From assembly GCA_964579205.1 (NCBI GenBank), contig CAZOFH010000004.1, positions 3,172 to 67,171 on the forward strand: a stretch of DNA of 64,000 bases, in the 5' to 3' direction. Numbering within the stretch: position 1 is the first letter of the stretch; each line of letters opens with the position of its first letter. The position numbers and the translations under genes were made by a program. Of this stretch, positions 38,380 through 49,600 are shown one piece after another. This DNA is from an uncultured Christensenella sp. Its GTDB lineage: Bacteria > Bacillota > Clostridia > Christensenellales > UBA1242. The notes under the pieces were generated by a model. That model did not search any database and was not told the DNA's origin. It saw only the letters and a list, made by a program, of their open reading frames with translations.

Positions 38380-40077
38380 TTAACCACGACTGAACGATGG
38401 ACCAGTTGGGCGATAAAAACCTGAAAACCCGTCATCCTCGTCATCGTCATCCTCAATAGGAGTAATGACAGGAGTTTCGTCAACAATCGGAGTAATCACA
38501 AAATCCTCGTCCTCATCCTCAAATGGGTGGATGATGAAAATGTCGTCATCACTAGATGAGTCTGCACTTGAGTCGCCTTGATTAGCGTCGCCTGCACCTG
38601 CAGAACCCTCACCATCACCAGCACTCTCGCCAGTGCCCTCAGTTGGGTGGATGATAATCACGCCGTCAGGAATGTACTCTTCCCAACCGTGACCGTCACA
38701 AGTAGCACAAGTGGTGTTGCGGATTACATCCTTTTGACCATCACCGCCACAAGTTGGGCATACAGACAAGACTTTGCCAGTACCGTCGCACTCATCGCAA
38801 GTGGTGTAGTTTTTGTTTTGAGAACACTCTTTCTCAACATTTTGGAACTTGTAACCACAGTATACGCAAGGGTGTGCATATACAGTCTTTGACCCTGGCT
38901 CAACAAAGTAGTTGTTTACACTGTCGCCACCACTATGCTTGCCATATGTGCCGTCCCAAATCTTGCCAGAACCGTCACACTCATCACACAAGTGATAACT
39001 GCCGTAAGCCTTTATTGCATCAATCCATTTGCAATCAGCACATTTCTCAACATTTGAAACAATCTCAGTCTTGACAATACCACCTACGCAATCAGCACAA
39101 GGCTTTTGGATAGCGACAGGTTGTGTAGAGCCACTAGTAGCCTCATACCAGCCAGCACCAGCGCAAACTGCACAAGTACCACCGAAACTCTTGAGAGTCA
39201 GCATACCAGCGCCGTCGCACTCGTCACAAGTCTCCCAAACGAAGCCTGCGTACTCAGAATCCTTACATTCGCAAGCCACTTTACCAGTACCTGCGTGGTA
39301 GTCGCTACCCCATACACTAGTCACACCGTGACCACCACAAGCCTCACAAGCGTGGTTCTCTTTCCACCACTGACCGTTGCCTCTGTAACGGGTGTACCCA
39401 TTACCGTCACAACGCTCGCAAATCTTTTCACCAGAGCCGTCGCAGTCGTCGCATCTAGTCCAGTTGCCTGCCTTGCCCTGATATACGTGATGACAATCAT
39501 CACAATCAACATATTTTACACTCAATAGAGTGCCGAATCCTTGACAACTAGCGCAATCGAGCACTTTGTCGCCTTTCATCCAAAAGTAACCTTTGCCAGT
39601 ACAAATACCGCAATCAGTCTTTTCTAATGTAACAAAACTCTTGCCGCTGCAGGTAGCACAAGGCTGCCAATATTGACCTGTACGTCCAGACCCTGCGCAT
39701 CCAGCACAATCCTTTGACCCAATAGAGCCAGTACCATCACACTCACCACACTCTACCCAAGCGCCTGATAGACGATATGGGGCAGAAAAGTGGCAATCCT
39801 TAGGACAAACAACATTGGTGCCGCCTAATCGCCCACTACCGTGACAGTTGTCACAATAAACCTTGTAAACACGCTCGCCACCCGCAGTAGTAGCATACTC
39901 GCTAGCCATATAATTGCCTACCTTGATAGTGTAGCCAGCACTCTCTGCACCGCTCTTGGTCGACAATGTAGGGTCAGGAGTAGCTTGAGCAGATAGCAAA
40001 CAAATGCCGATACCCAGTGCACACACTAACATTACACTGACAAAAGCGGTCAAGATAATCTTACCTTTTTTGGTCAT
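38380..40077 (-). CDS. Secreted or anchored Cys-rich protein with about 21 CxxC(xGxG)-type motifs in three modules and an acidic tail
   Basis: Signal/TM MTKKGKIILTAFVSVMLVCALGIGICLLSAQA; DnaJ-type CxxCxGxG repeats without a J domain; AGGAGAGG RBS. Confidence 0.88.
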   Translation of the reverse strand: MTKKGKIILTAFVSVMLVCALGIGICLLSAQATPDPTLSTKSGAESAGYTIKVGNYMASEYATTAGGERVYKVYCDNCHGSGRLGGTNVVCPKDCHFSAPYRLSGAWVECGECDGTGSIGSKDCAGCAGSGRTGQYWQPCATCSGKSFVTLEKTDCGICTGKGYFWMKGDKVLDCASCQGFGTLLSVKYVDCDDCHHVYQGKAGNWTRCDDCDGSGEKICERCDGNGYTRYRGNGQWWKENHACEACGGHGVTSVWGSDYHAGTGKVACECKDSEYAGFVWETCDECDGAGMLTLKSFGGTCAVCAGAGWYEATSGSTQPVAIQKPCADCVGGIVKTEIVSNVEKCADCKWIDAIKAYGSYHLCDECDGSGKIWDGTYGKHSGGDSVNNYFVEPGSKTVYAHPCVYCGYKFQNVEKECSQNKNYTTCDECDGTGKVLSVCPTCGGDGQKDVIRNTTCATCDGHGWEEYIPDGVIIIHPTEGTGESAGDGEGSAGAGDANQGDSSADSSSDDDIFIIHPFEDEDEDFVITPIVDETPVITPIEDDDDEDDGFSGFYRPTGPSFSRG

Positions 40078-40125
40078 AGTTTCCTCTCCTATTACTGTAG
40101 TAATGATGCTATATCATTCGGCTAT

Positions 40126-40153
40126 ATTATAGCATATTTTCACTATTTGTCAA
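40126..40153 (-). promoter_or_regulatory. sigmaA promoter of the Cys-rich gene
   Basis: TTGACA-16 bp-TATAAT with TG extension. Confidence 0.7.
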
Positions 40154-40221
40154 TACCCTTTTTGAAAGTTTGTGCTATATTATATGATAAAGAGTACGCA
40201 AAGAGTGACATTCCCCTCTTA

Positions 40222-40385
40222 TTGTCATCCAGAGCGGCATGCAATACCAAGCACGCAGTGCTAAACCCAAGACTTATATCACAAATACTATTCCCTACCT
40301 CTTGTCACTATGTGCAGATTGTTGTGAAAAGGGGTTCGGCTAAAGCCTCACAAATTCCACGGGTACTGTGCCCCTCTAAATGACT
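40222..40385. repeat. Degenerate GTCAT...ATGAC palindromic element, family B
   Basis: gtcatccagag...ctctaaatgac ends; internal ggttcggctaaagcctcacaaattcc resembles 60624-60649. Confidence 0.55.
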
Positions 40386-40568
40386 AGGGGAAGAAATTAT
40401 CCTTGTTATATAGTGGGTGTGGCAACACCCACTATACTCCATTCGTCGCTTAGACGCGTTCGCGCCTGACCGCAAGCCGTTCGTATACGGCGTTACCGCA
40501 TACAACCTTCGTTCGGTCATCCCCGCGAACGCGTCCGCCCATTCACATCGACTGTCATTCAGCGAACG

Positions 40569-40595
40569 AAAAAGAGAGCATCTGCTCTCTTTTTT
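40569..40595. terminator. Bidirectional terminator after giant A
   Basis: AAAAAGAGAGCA-tc-TGCTCTCTTTTTT. Confidence 0.8.
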
Positions 40596-40637
40596 GTGCT
40601 GAATGCGCGAGTGTCAGCAAAAAAGTATGGATATAAT

Positions 40638-43600
40638 CTAGGTAATATATGTCTCGTAGTGCTCGCCTGAGCGATCGGCCTGAAGTGTTTTTGTGACAAC
40701 AGGCACAGCAAAGCACGACTCAAAATACGGTTTGCAATAGATTTTGACAGTCAATGTAGCATAGTTGGCACCGCTCAATGAGATGCCGCCAGTGAGCGTA
40801 CTCTGAGAAGTAGTTTCGCCACTCTTTGAGAATGCGGACTTGGTACAAGACCCGCTATGCCCTGATCTCCAGCCATATGACCATTCGGCACTAAGTGTGC
40901 ACGCCTCCATATTAGAGAGTGTCGTCTTGAGTTTGGTCACATACGGATAATAAGCACGATGCACTGTATACCACGGACCGTATGTGTAGTATGTACCTGT
41001 CCCATCGCAGCGAGAACAAGCATTTGGTCCATCTACTGTCTCGACTTTATCAGTCTTTCCATCGCCACCACATGTGGTACAAGAGTCATACACTTTTTTT
41101 GTATACACACCATCACCACCACAGTTAGAACATAACTGCCATACCTCTCCCGGCCTGCTAGATCCGTGACAAGTAGTACAATTACCATATATTGGACGGC
41201 TAGGACAATCTCTCTCAATACTGACAGGAGACCCTCCACAATAATCGCACGGTGCAGCATAAGCAATGCCAGAAGCAGGATCATAAGTGCCAAGACCAGA
41301 ATGCTTTTTATATCCTGTAATAATTTGATCTGTCCCGTTACACTTAGAACACTTTACCCAATTCCCAAATCCAGCATAAGGCGGTGAAGTAGTACAACTA
41401 GTACATCTTGCTTCCGTCGTATATTCATTCAACTTACCATCACCACCACAAGCACTACAGTCATAATAATTTGGCGTAGTTTGAGTTATCTGCTCCTTTG
41501 TAGGGCAAGAGTGTGGATATTCATTCCTATCTCTATACGAGCCGCCGCCCGAAGAACTGGTGTCATATGACAATGTCACGCTCGCGCCCATAGATTCGGG
41601 CACGATGTAGGTAGCCGTCTTTTCTACATAAAAGCCTGCGCGGAGCAAGTTGTATTTTGCATCAGTCACACTCTGCACTGGGTAGAACCTAAATGTGTTT
41701 ACCCCCGCCTGCAGGTAGCCTTTGTTTGTACTAGACACGTAACCATTCTGCGTGAGGTCGGTCACTTCGGTGCTATTGTATGTGGTGGTGCTAAAGCAGT
41801 CTGCCCTAGCCCTATCGAATGACCACAAGCCCGAGAATGTATAATCGGTGTCGCTTGAGCCTGTGGTGAGACCAATCTTGTTTTCAAAGGCTGAGCCGCT
41901 AGTATTCAGGGTACGCTGCACCAGCCCTACATTCATACCAGTAATAGTATTTATCTTGGCTACCGAGCCCGAGAATGTCACACCTGCATCGGTAGCACGG
42001 AGAGAAGTCGTGATATCGCTCTCACGCAACTGCTTGTAATATTCAAAATCAAATAGAGCGGTTTCGTCAGAGTCTATCAAGTATTCAGCATTTGGGGTGC
42101 TGGCGCCGACGACAAACTTAAACTTGTAAGAATATTTGCCGCCGATAACGCTAGCATTGTTTACATAGTTATTATTCAAGAAATCGCGCAACACTGCCTG
42201 ATAGCGTGTCGGGAACGGGTCGTAAGTATTACCAAAATTGATAGTAGCCGTCTTGGTCACGCTATCGGTGGTATTGATGAATGTAAACTGCGCATTGCTG
42301 AGAGCCAAGTTGCCGCCCTTGGTCACTGAAGATGAGTAGGAAATGATTGATTGATAATTTTCACTCAAGTTCGCCACTTCGCCCGTAGTGGTATTGACGA
42401 TCATCCTGATACTCACGGCGTTTACATCGTTGACCAGTTGCAAGGTCGGCAGATATGTCTGCGTATTGCTATCAAAGCCGCGAGTGACCAGCGCCTCATT
42501 GAGACTAGGTGACGCGTAGGCGATGATATTAATCTGCCACTCGCCGCCCAGCAGCCACTGATTGTACCCTGCGTCGGTGTAATTACCGCCGAAGAGGTCT
42601 TGGGCAAGGATAGTAGCCAAGTTGCCTGTATTCCACGACCCTGCAGACGCGGTAGGCAACCAATGCGCCGCCTCTTTACCATTCAGTTCGTCGCTCATCT
42701 GCGCCAAGGTGTCATAAGAGTACACTAGCGTAGTCCCCCCTGTCGTACGACTCAAAATCACACGATAAGCGGTATCCTTGGCAATAGTCTTGTACTGGAA
42801 TGGGATTTGGCTCTGATAGTAATAGTAGTAGCCATTCTGCGCGTACATTGTAGCCATATGGCGCTGTCCGTCGGCATCGGCGATAGTAGCGTCGGCGCTA
42901 TCAAATTCGGTCTGCACCGTCTCGAGTCTGACATTGAAACTCAGCGTTGCGCTATTCTCGCGGAATTCGCTGCTGACCCAATAGCCCGCCTCTTGAGCAT
43001 CATTTGGCGCTACCACACGGATAGCCATACTCACTACCCCGCCGTGATAACCGCCAGCGCTCACGCCCTCATTGACAAAAGTGTAGAGTTTTTGGTACAG
43101 ACACGCCACGGCATAAGGGTATTTGTCCTGATATGTCGCGTAGTCAAAACTCCAATTCGTCTCGCCGTACACTGCGCGAGTAAAGCCAGCGAGTGTCGCA
43201 TTGATATCAGTGGTATCGAATAAATACGGACTAGACTGTCTGCTGCCGTAGGTAAACACAACCTCGTATTGCGTATCGGCATTATTCGACAATCTCTGGT
43301 ACTCGTAGCCATTCTCACCGCCTTGCGCGCCGATGATGCCATAACTATTGCCGTCGACATAGAGGTATGGATTGAGAGCCATTCCTGCGTAATATCCGCT
43401 AGACAATACATTCGACTCGACGCCTGCCTGCTGAGTGGTGTACTGGCTAGAGACGAGGTTTCGGCTGACTGTATTGTCATATTTTAGCGAAATCATCGGT
43501 GCGGCGTATTGCTTTTTGATAATAATGCTCACCGTGTCGCCCACATCGCTTTCGGCGAACTTGCGCTCCATTCTATATGTAGAGCCGTCAGACAGAATAA

Positions 43601-46600
43601 ACTGGTTGACAGTGTTTTCACCGCCGATATTGGTGCTAGTGTCTGCGTTTTGGTCTGGGTTCGCCATTACCGCGGTGGCATTAAAGTAGATTTTGTTTGG
43701 CAAGTTTTCATCTATCCACAGGTACACTTGCCTTGCACCCGACTCGGTCGATGCGTTGCTCAGCACGACAAAACTCCTTGTCCCGTCGTAATGCACGCGC
43801 AGAGTGGTAGCGAATGACCTAGTCGCGTCAGTAGTCAGGTCGATATTGCCCTCGCTGTCATATTCGTATGCTAGGACATTGAGTCGAATATACTTGTCCA
43901 CGGTAAACACAGGGTCGGCATTGTAGACATTGTCGAGGTACAATATTATACTATAGTTCGTCTCAGAATCTGCCGCGATATACCCGCTAGTCACGCCCGA
44001 ATTCGCCGAAGCAAACTCTACATTGCATTCGCCCACCACATCGGTAGCGCCTGAATTGTTGACAATCTCTATCTCGGTAATCTCAGGCTCGGCAAACTGG
44101 ATGGTGTGCTGGAATGTAAAGTAATAACTTGGGTTGAGCGCGTTTAGGTCGAGAGTCGGCAATTCGCGAGCGAATGGCGCGAGTGCGGTCAAGTAATTCG
44201 CTATAGCGTCCTCGTCAGTCGTAATGTATCTACGCAGCCAATCTTCGCCATAGACGGTGAGCCCGATTTGGTTGCCCTCGGCGTCCGTGTTAGCATATTC
44301 GTTCACTAGAGTGTTGTTTACCCACGACTTTATCTTGCAATAATATGTAATCGGCGTATCCGTTTTGTCTGATAGCAACTCATCGAGTGCCAAATCGAAT
44401 AGTTCGATAGTCGTTACCTTGCTACTGCCGTATAGGGTATTCTTGAGCGTACCTATCTGACGGAGCGTGCCGTCGGCATTGCGCCAATAGTCCAGCGTGG
44501 TCGCCTTGTGCGGGTCATAATTATTCAGCACATATAGCGGCTGCACGGTACCTAGAGCGGTCTCATTGTCTAGGGTGGTGATAATGTGATGCGCTAGGTA
44601 TGTGCCTGCCTCCTCTTGGTTGGTCATCCACGCAGCATTTGTGCCAGCGGCGCTGTCTTGAGTATCGTAGACAAACAGTTCAAAGGCATTGTCATAGCCA
44701 TTGTTGTTTTGACTGGCATTGAGATAATACACCTTTTGCCTGTCAAATCCACTCTCGTCTTCTACTACATAATGCCCTGTCTGACTAGGGGTAATAGATG
44801 CCGAACTAAATGACGGAGCGACCTCGATATATTGATATTCTTGAGGCGCACTAGTCTCTGATGACAGATAATAGTATACATTCGGGTCATTGCTGCTAGA
44901 CGAAGATTTTGACGTGCAGAACATAAAGAACTTGTACTTTTTGTTCGGCGTCAATTCCATACCTACGTTGGTAGGTTCGTTTACATAGCAGCGTCTGCCG
45001 TCTGCCGCAGTATATATATTGCCAAAGTTGGTAATAGATTTTTCTAGCACAAAGCCGTACGAGGTGGCATACGCGCTAGAATAACTATTCTCATTCTGCA
45101 AAAAGAACTTTTTGCCATCCGCATCGAGCGAATCGTACGCGGTATCGCATAGATATGTGCCATCCGCCTGCTGTTCAAATGCGAATAGGTTGATATTGTA
45201 GTCAGCGCTATCGTTGATCATAAAACTAAACTTGTTTGGCGTCAGAGCCCAATTCACTACAAAGGCGTATTTTGAGCCGACTTGACGCACGTCTAGCCTA
45301 TAGTCGAGGATTGGCGTCTGAATAACTGTATAATGGCACACGTCGCGCGTGTATAGATACCACGCCGAGCCGTCCGAACGCTGCGCATCACTAGCACTAC
45401 CGACTTCGTCCGCGTCAATCTGCCATTCTATGTGATATACACCTGCATAAGTGCTAGCGTAATTCTCGGTGTAATCAAAGAGTTTGTGGATGTCGATTGC
45501 CACCAAATAGTACCCAGCGGATGCAGCCCTCTGCACCACTACATCCCCACCTTCGCTAGTGATAGTGGTGATATTCGGATTCGAGAGCAGGTCGTTTAGG
45601 TCAGGCATAGCGTATTGGATAGTGAATATACGGTCGGCAGTGTAGCGCTCACCATTCCACAATTTGGCACGCACGCTGATGCTGGTAGGTAGGTGCCTAT
45701 TCCCCTCATCGTCCGCAAGGCTATTCACTTCAAATCTAAATATCGCCTCTTTGTGATCGGTTTCTGCCCAATCACGCGCGTTGTTGCCCTCTGGGGCTGC
45801 TATACCGCCGCGACCTTTTGTAGTGAGGAATTCACCAGTCAGCGTCGCATCATTGACATTGGTCACGCGCCACATTTCTTTTAGAGCGTGCGCACAGGTC
45901 GCAGTAGACGCATTGTAATACTGGTGCGCGGTAGGCTGGAGCGAAATTTTGGCATAATACCTACCCGCTATCATTCTACCATCCTCTACCCAGAGCGATT
46001 TTGTCGCCTCGTCGAGCAGGTTAAACTGATTGAGGAGGTTCCACTGCCACTGCAACTCGGATACCCCGGCAACAAAGCGGTTGACATCAACATCAATCGG
46101 CGCGAAAGTATACGATGTGCACGATAGCGAGTCATTGGCGACGATATCGTCGTATGTCATATCAGCAGTGAGCGAGCCAGAATTCTCTGTCTCCACACGC
46201 AGGACGCTGACTATGAATTGCGCACCAGAGTCGTTGGCTGAGAGTTCGGCAGCGATTTTCCTGAGTCGCGACGCATCCTCGGTAATGCTGTATTGTATTG
46301 TGTTCTCCCCCGACCATTCAGCAGATATAGACGGCATCACCCTATTCGACGCGTAGTCCGAGGCAAATATCGCCTGTACTAGGTCGCTATCAAAGAAGAA
46401 TGAGTCTGGTGAGATACGATATACGTACACCGTATTTCTCTCAGTACCACCTGCCACTAGATATGCCTCGATGTCCATACTGAGATTGGTGACGTTGTCG
46501 ATAATGATATCTGGCTCGATGCGCGTACCGTCCGCCTTGTAAGTGATAATCCTGATGCCGAATACTGGGTCGACGGTAGAGTATTTGTCCTCAGAACGCG

Positions 46601-49600
46601 ATGCATAATCCCAACTCAATAACCCCGCACTACTGATAACGACATTGATAGGCGCGATAGGATAACTGATATTCGCAAAAGTGAATTCGTGATATCCGTA
46701 GTTTGCTATTGGGTCGAATAGGCGCCCACTCGCTACCGCACCATTGCGGTCGAGCGCTTCTGCCTGAATGAGGTAATGATACTTACCCGCGAGGTAGTAC
46801 TCATCGGCAGGACGCGCTGTGCCGAGTACGGTAGCGTCATTATAAAAGTACTTGGTCATATCAAAGTAGATATAGTCATTATCTATATAATATAGATTGT
46901 CAGCGTTGCCAATCAGTGCATAAGTGCGGTCACCATTGTCGGCTACCGTCTGGTTCAAGATGACTGAGATAGGCTTTGCATTGCGCATATTCTCGTCAGC
47001 CATTGTGACGGTATAACGGATTTGATTGCTATATGCATTGACTGGCAAATCCCATTTTAGGTGCCCATTGGTCATATATGACTTGGTCACATCTTGATTG
47101 TAATAGTCTATCTCTACCACCTTGCTCACCTGTCGCTCACCACTAGCGGCTGACTTTGAGGCGAATTCTTGCACCGAGGTAGTGTAGGTAAACCATACAG
47201 AGGTACTAGGCTTGCTCTCCACATAATAGGCGCCATCCACCCCCGACCTACCTACCATAGTCACCTCAAAACTGATTTCGTGAGGCCCTAGGTGTGCGAG
47301 ATAGTCATACAATTCTAGCCCGATACCCGCTACATTGGTTAATTGAGCAGCCTCGACACTCTCGGTGAGTAGTACCGACTCGACAGCGCCGCTATTGTAG
47401 TAGTCTCTATAATTCATCTTGACAGAATACAAGTATCCCGCAGCGGCATTGCCGAATGTCAGACTCACGCGGCTGACATTGTGGTTGGCTACATCGTCAT
47501 AGCCAATATTTAGCCTTGGGTCGCTAGGAGTACTGTACTTTTGATACATCACCACATTGTAGGTGGTAGCCAAAGCATTGACTGCCTGCTGCGTAGTCAA
47601 CTCATACTCGGTGTGCGTACTATTATCAATATATAGATAATATGCTGCATTTTCGGCACTGGTAGCAGGCATAATGCGTATCACATTCTGCCCCGGTACC
47701 CAAATACTGCCTAGACTGAGTTTGTTGGCATTACTCTGGATAGCAGCAAAGTCGATAGCGCTACCCATTTTGCTAATAATGCCTAGGTCGATACCATTCA
47801 CCCACACGCGGTAATTGGTAGCCAAGTTTAGGTCTTGCCCGAGCGTAGAGATGCTCAGGTACTTTCTATTAAAGCCGTAAGTGTCCTCATACTGGGCGAG
47901 CCACTCCGCCTGCTCGGTAGTCGAGACGACTTTGCCTTGGTCAATAGCAAAGTAGCATTCTGGCGAAATAACGAAGGCTTGGGCATCGTCTGCCACTTTT
48001 GCCACACCAAACTTGTTTATATATTTTTTGCTAGCATAACCCACGCCAGAAGGTATCGAGAATGGGTCATCCTCGAGAGCCAATAGACGCACGCCGACAT
48101 TGTATTCACCCACAGGCATAGTGCGCGTAGGGTCATAACCGCCCACAATAGGATAGCCAGACTGGGTCAAATCTCTACCACCCAGCACTATAGTGTAGGC
48201 GTATACGCTAGTAGAACTACCCGAAATCATCACGCTCACCCGAGTGCTATCTAGTATGGTCACCGCCCCTGTAGCGATATTGGTGAGCGATACCTCAAAC
48301 CTAGTTGCGTCGTATGCTCTATTGGTGTCGGTATTCTCATTGTATATCCAAGTGATAGTGGTCATATAGTCGCCCTTGGTATTCGAGCCTGTGGCAAAAT
48401 TGATACTGTTTGGAGTAGTAGGCGCAGTAATCTTTGTCACGGTCACAGTAGATATAGGTGCTTGGCTAGGGTCAGCATATACTCTAGCACTAGCATCATC
48501 TAGCACGCTCACGCTCACGGTATACTCGCCGTCAGCCAAATCCGCCCACGCCGCAGAAAAGTCGTACATTACCGCCATAGCACTACCCGCTAGCACGGTG
48601 GCGGAATGTTTGGTCACGCCTGATGAGTCCTTGAGCAAAAACTCGTATTTTGTCACATATTCAATCTTTGCCCAAGTCGCAGTAGCAGTATCCACATCTA
48701 TAGTCACTGTAGGCGCCTGACCGATGAGGATTGGCATTTGGCTAATAGTACCAGTAATATCTAGCCCTTTGTAGCCGACGAATGCGCTATCCCCGCCCGA
48801 TGCTACAGCATTGCTCACCTTGAGGATAAAGGTAGGCTGTCTGCCTTGGTCAGCGATGTGCTTTAGTTTTTGCTTGGTCGCAGCGTCGTCAATCGTCACC
48901 GTAGTCGTACCACCCGCGGTAGGTGTGATGTCACCAGCGATGATATTATCCGCTATCAATAGCGTATATTTTTGTCCAGCGAACACCGTACCATTGCTAG
49001 TGTCGTGTGTAATAGTCAAGGTATAATCTTGACTCGTAGCGCTGTAGTCCACTAGCACGCTAGCCGTATTAGCAGCATCCACGCTATATACCGAATATAC
49101 GCTAGACGGCGTAGTGTGGCTAGCCACTACTGCTGAGCCTTGTTTTACCTCGATAGAAGCAAATCTCAGGGTAAATAGGTACGCATCATTAGAATTAAAG
49201 TTGTATAGAGTCGTCAAATTGGTGATTTTTTTGCTGACGGTAGCCACAGTGCCTGCTGCAGTCGCAATCAAGGTAATATCATTATGGCTAATACTATTGC
49301 TCTCTATAAATAGCGTCATATTGTATGTAGTCTCATAGCCCGCTACTCTAAAGTTTACATCAGTATCCCACTCGATAGTCAGCGAATTGTCCGCCGTGTC
49401 TACAGTAAACTGCACATTGCTAGGCACTGCCACCGTACCTACCTCATAGGCAATCGTGGTAGTTTGCGCCACATATGGCAGCGTCATGTTGCTAGGGGTA
49501 ACAGTTATCGCAAAATTAAGCACCAGTGCAGTAGTAGAGGCATTGAACCAAGCCTGCCTGAGCGCTTCATTTTGCGGCGTGCTAGCCGAATAATCTAGCG

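Noticed and set aside
38380-40077. dnaJ annotation for the Cys-rich protein
   Set aside because: It has no J domain or HPD motif, no G/F region and no dnaK/grpE neighbours; it has a signal peptide and far more than four motifs.
40147-40602. Short ORFs in the spacer, including a possible immunity gene or readthrough of the giant A stop
   Set aside because: They overlap palindromic DNA and lack an RBS; the giant A frame meets another stop (TGA) eight codons after the TAG.
38380-41540. Multiheme cytochrome c (CxxCH)
   Set aside because: Only sporadic CxxCH matches occur (CDNCH, CDDCH, CTTCH) among many CxxCxG motifs, and no maturation genes are present.
38685-41540. Diversity-generating retroelement TR/VR pair
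   Set aside because: The two Cys modules are similar only at protein level. I found no near-identical DNA pair with adenine-specific mismatches and no reverse transcriptase in the window.
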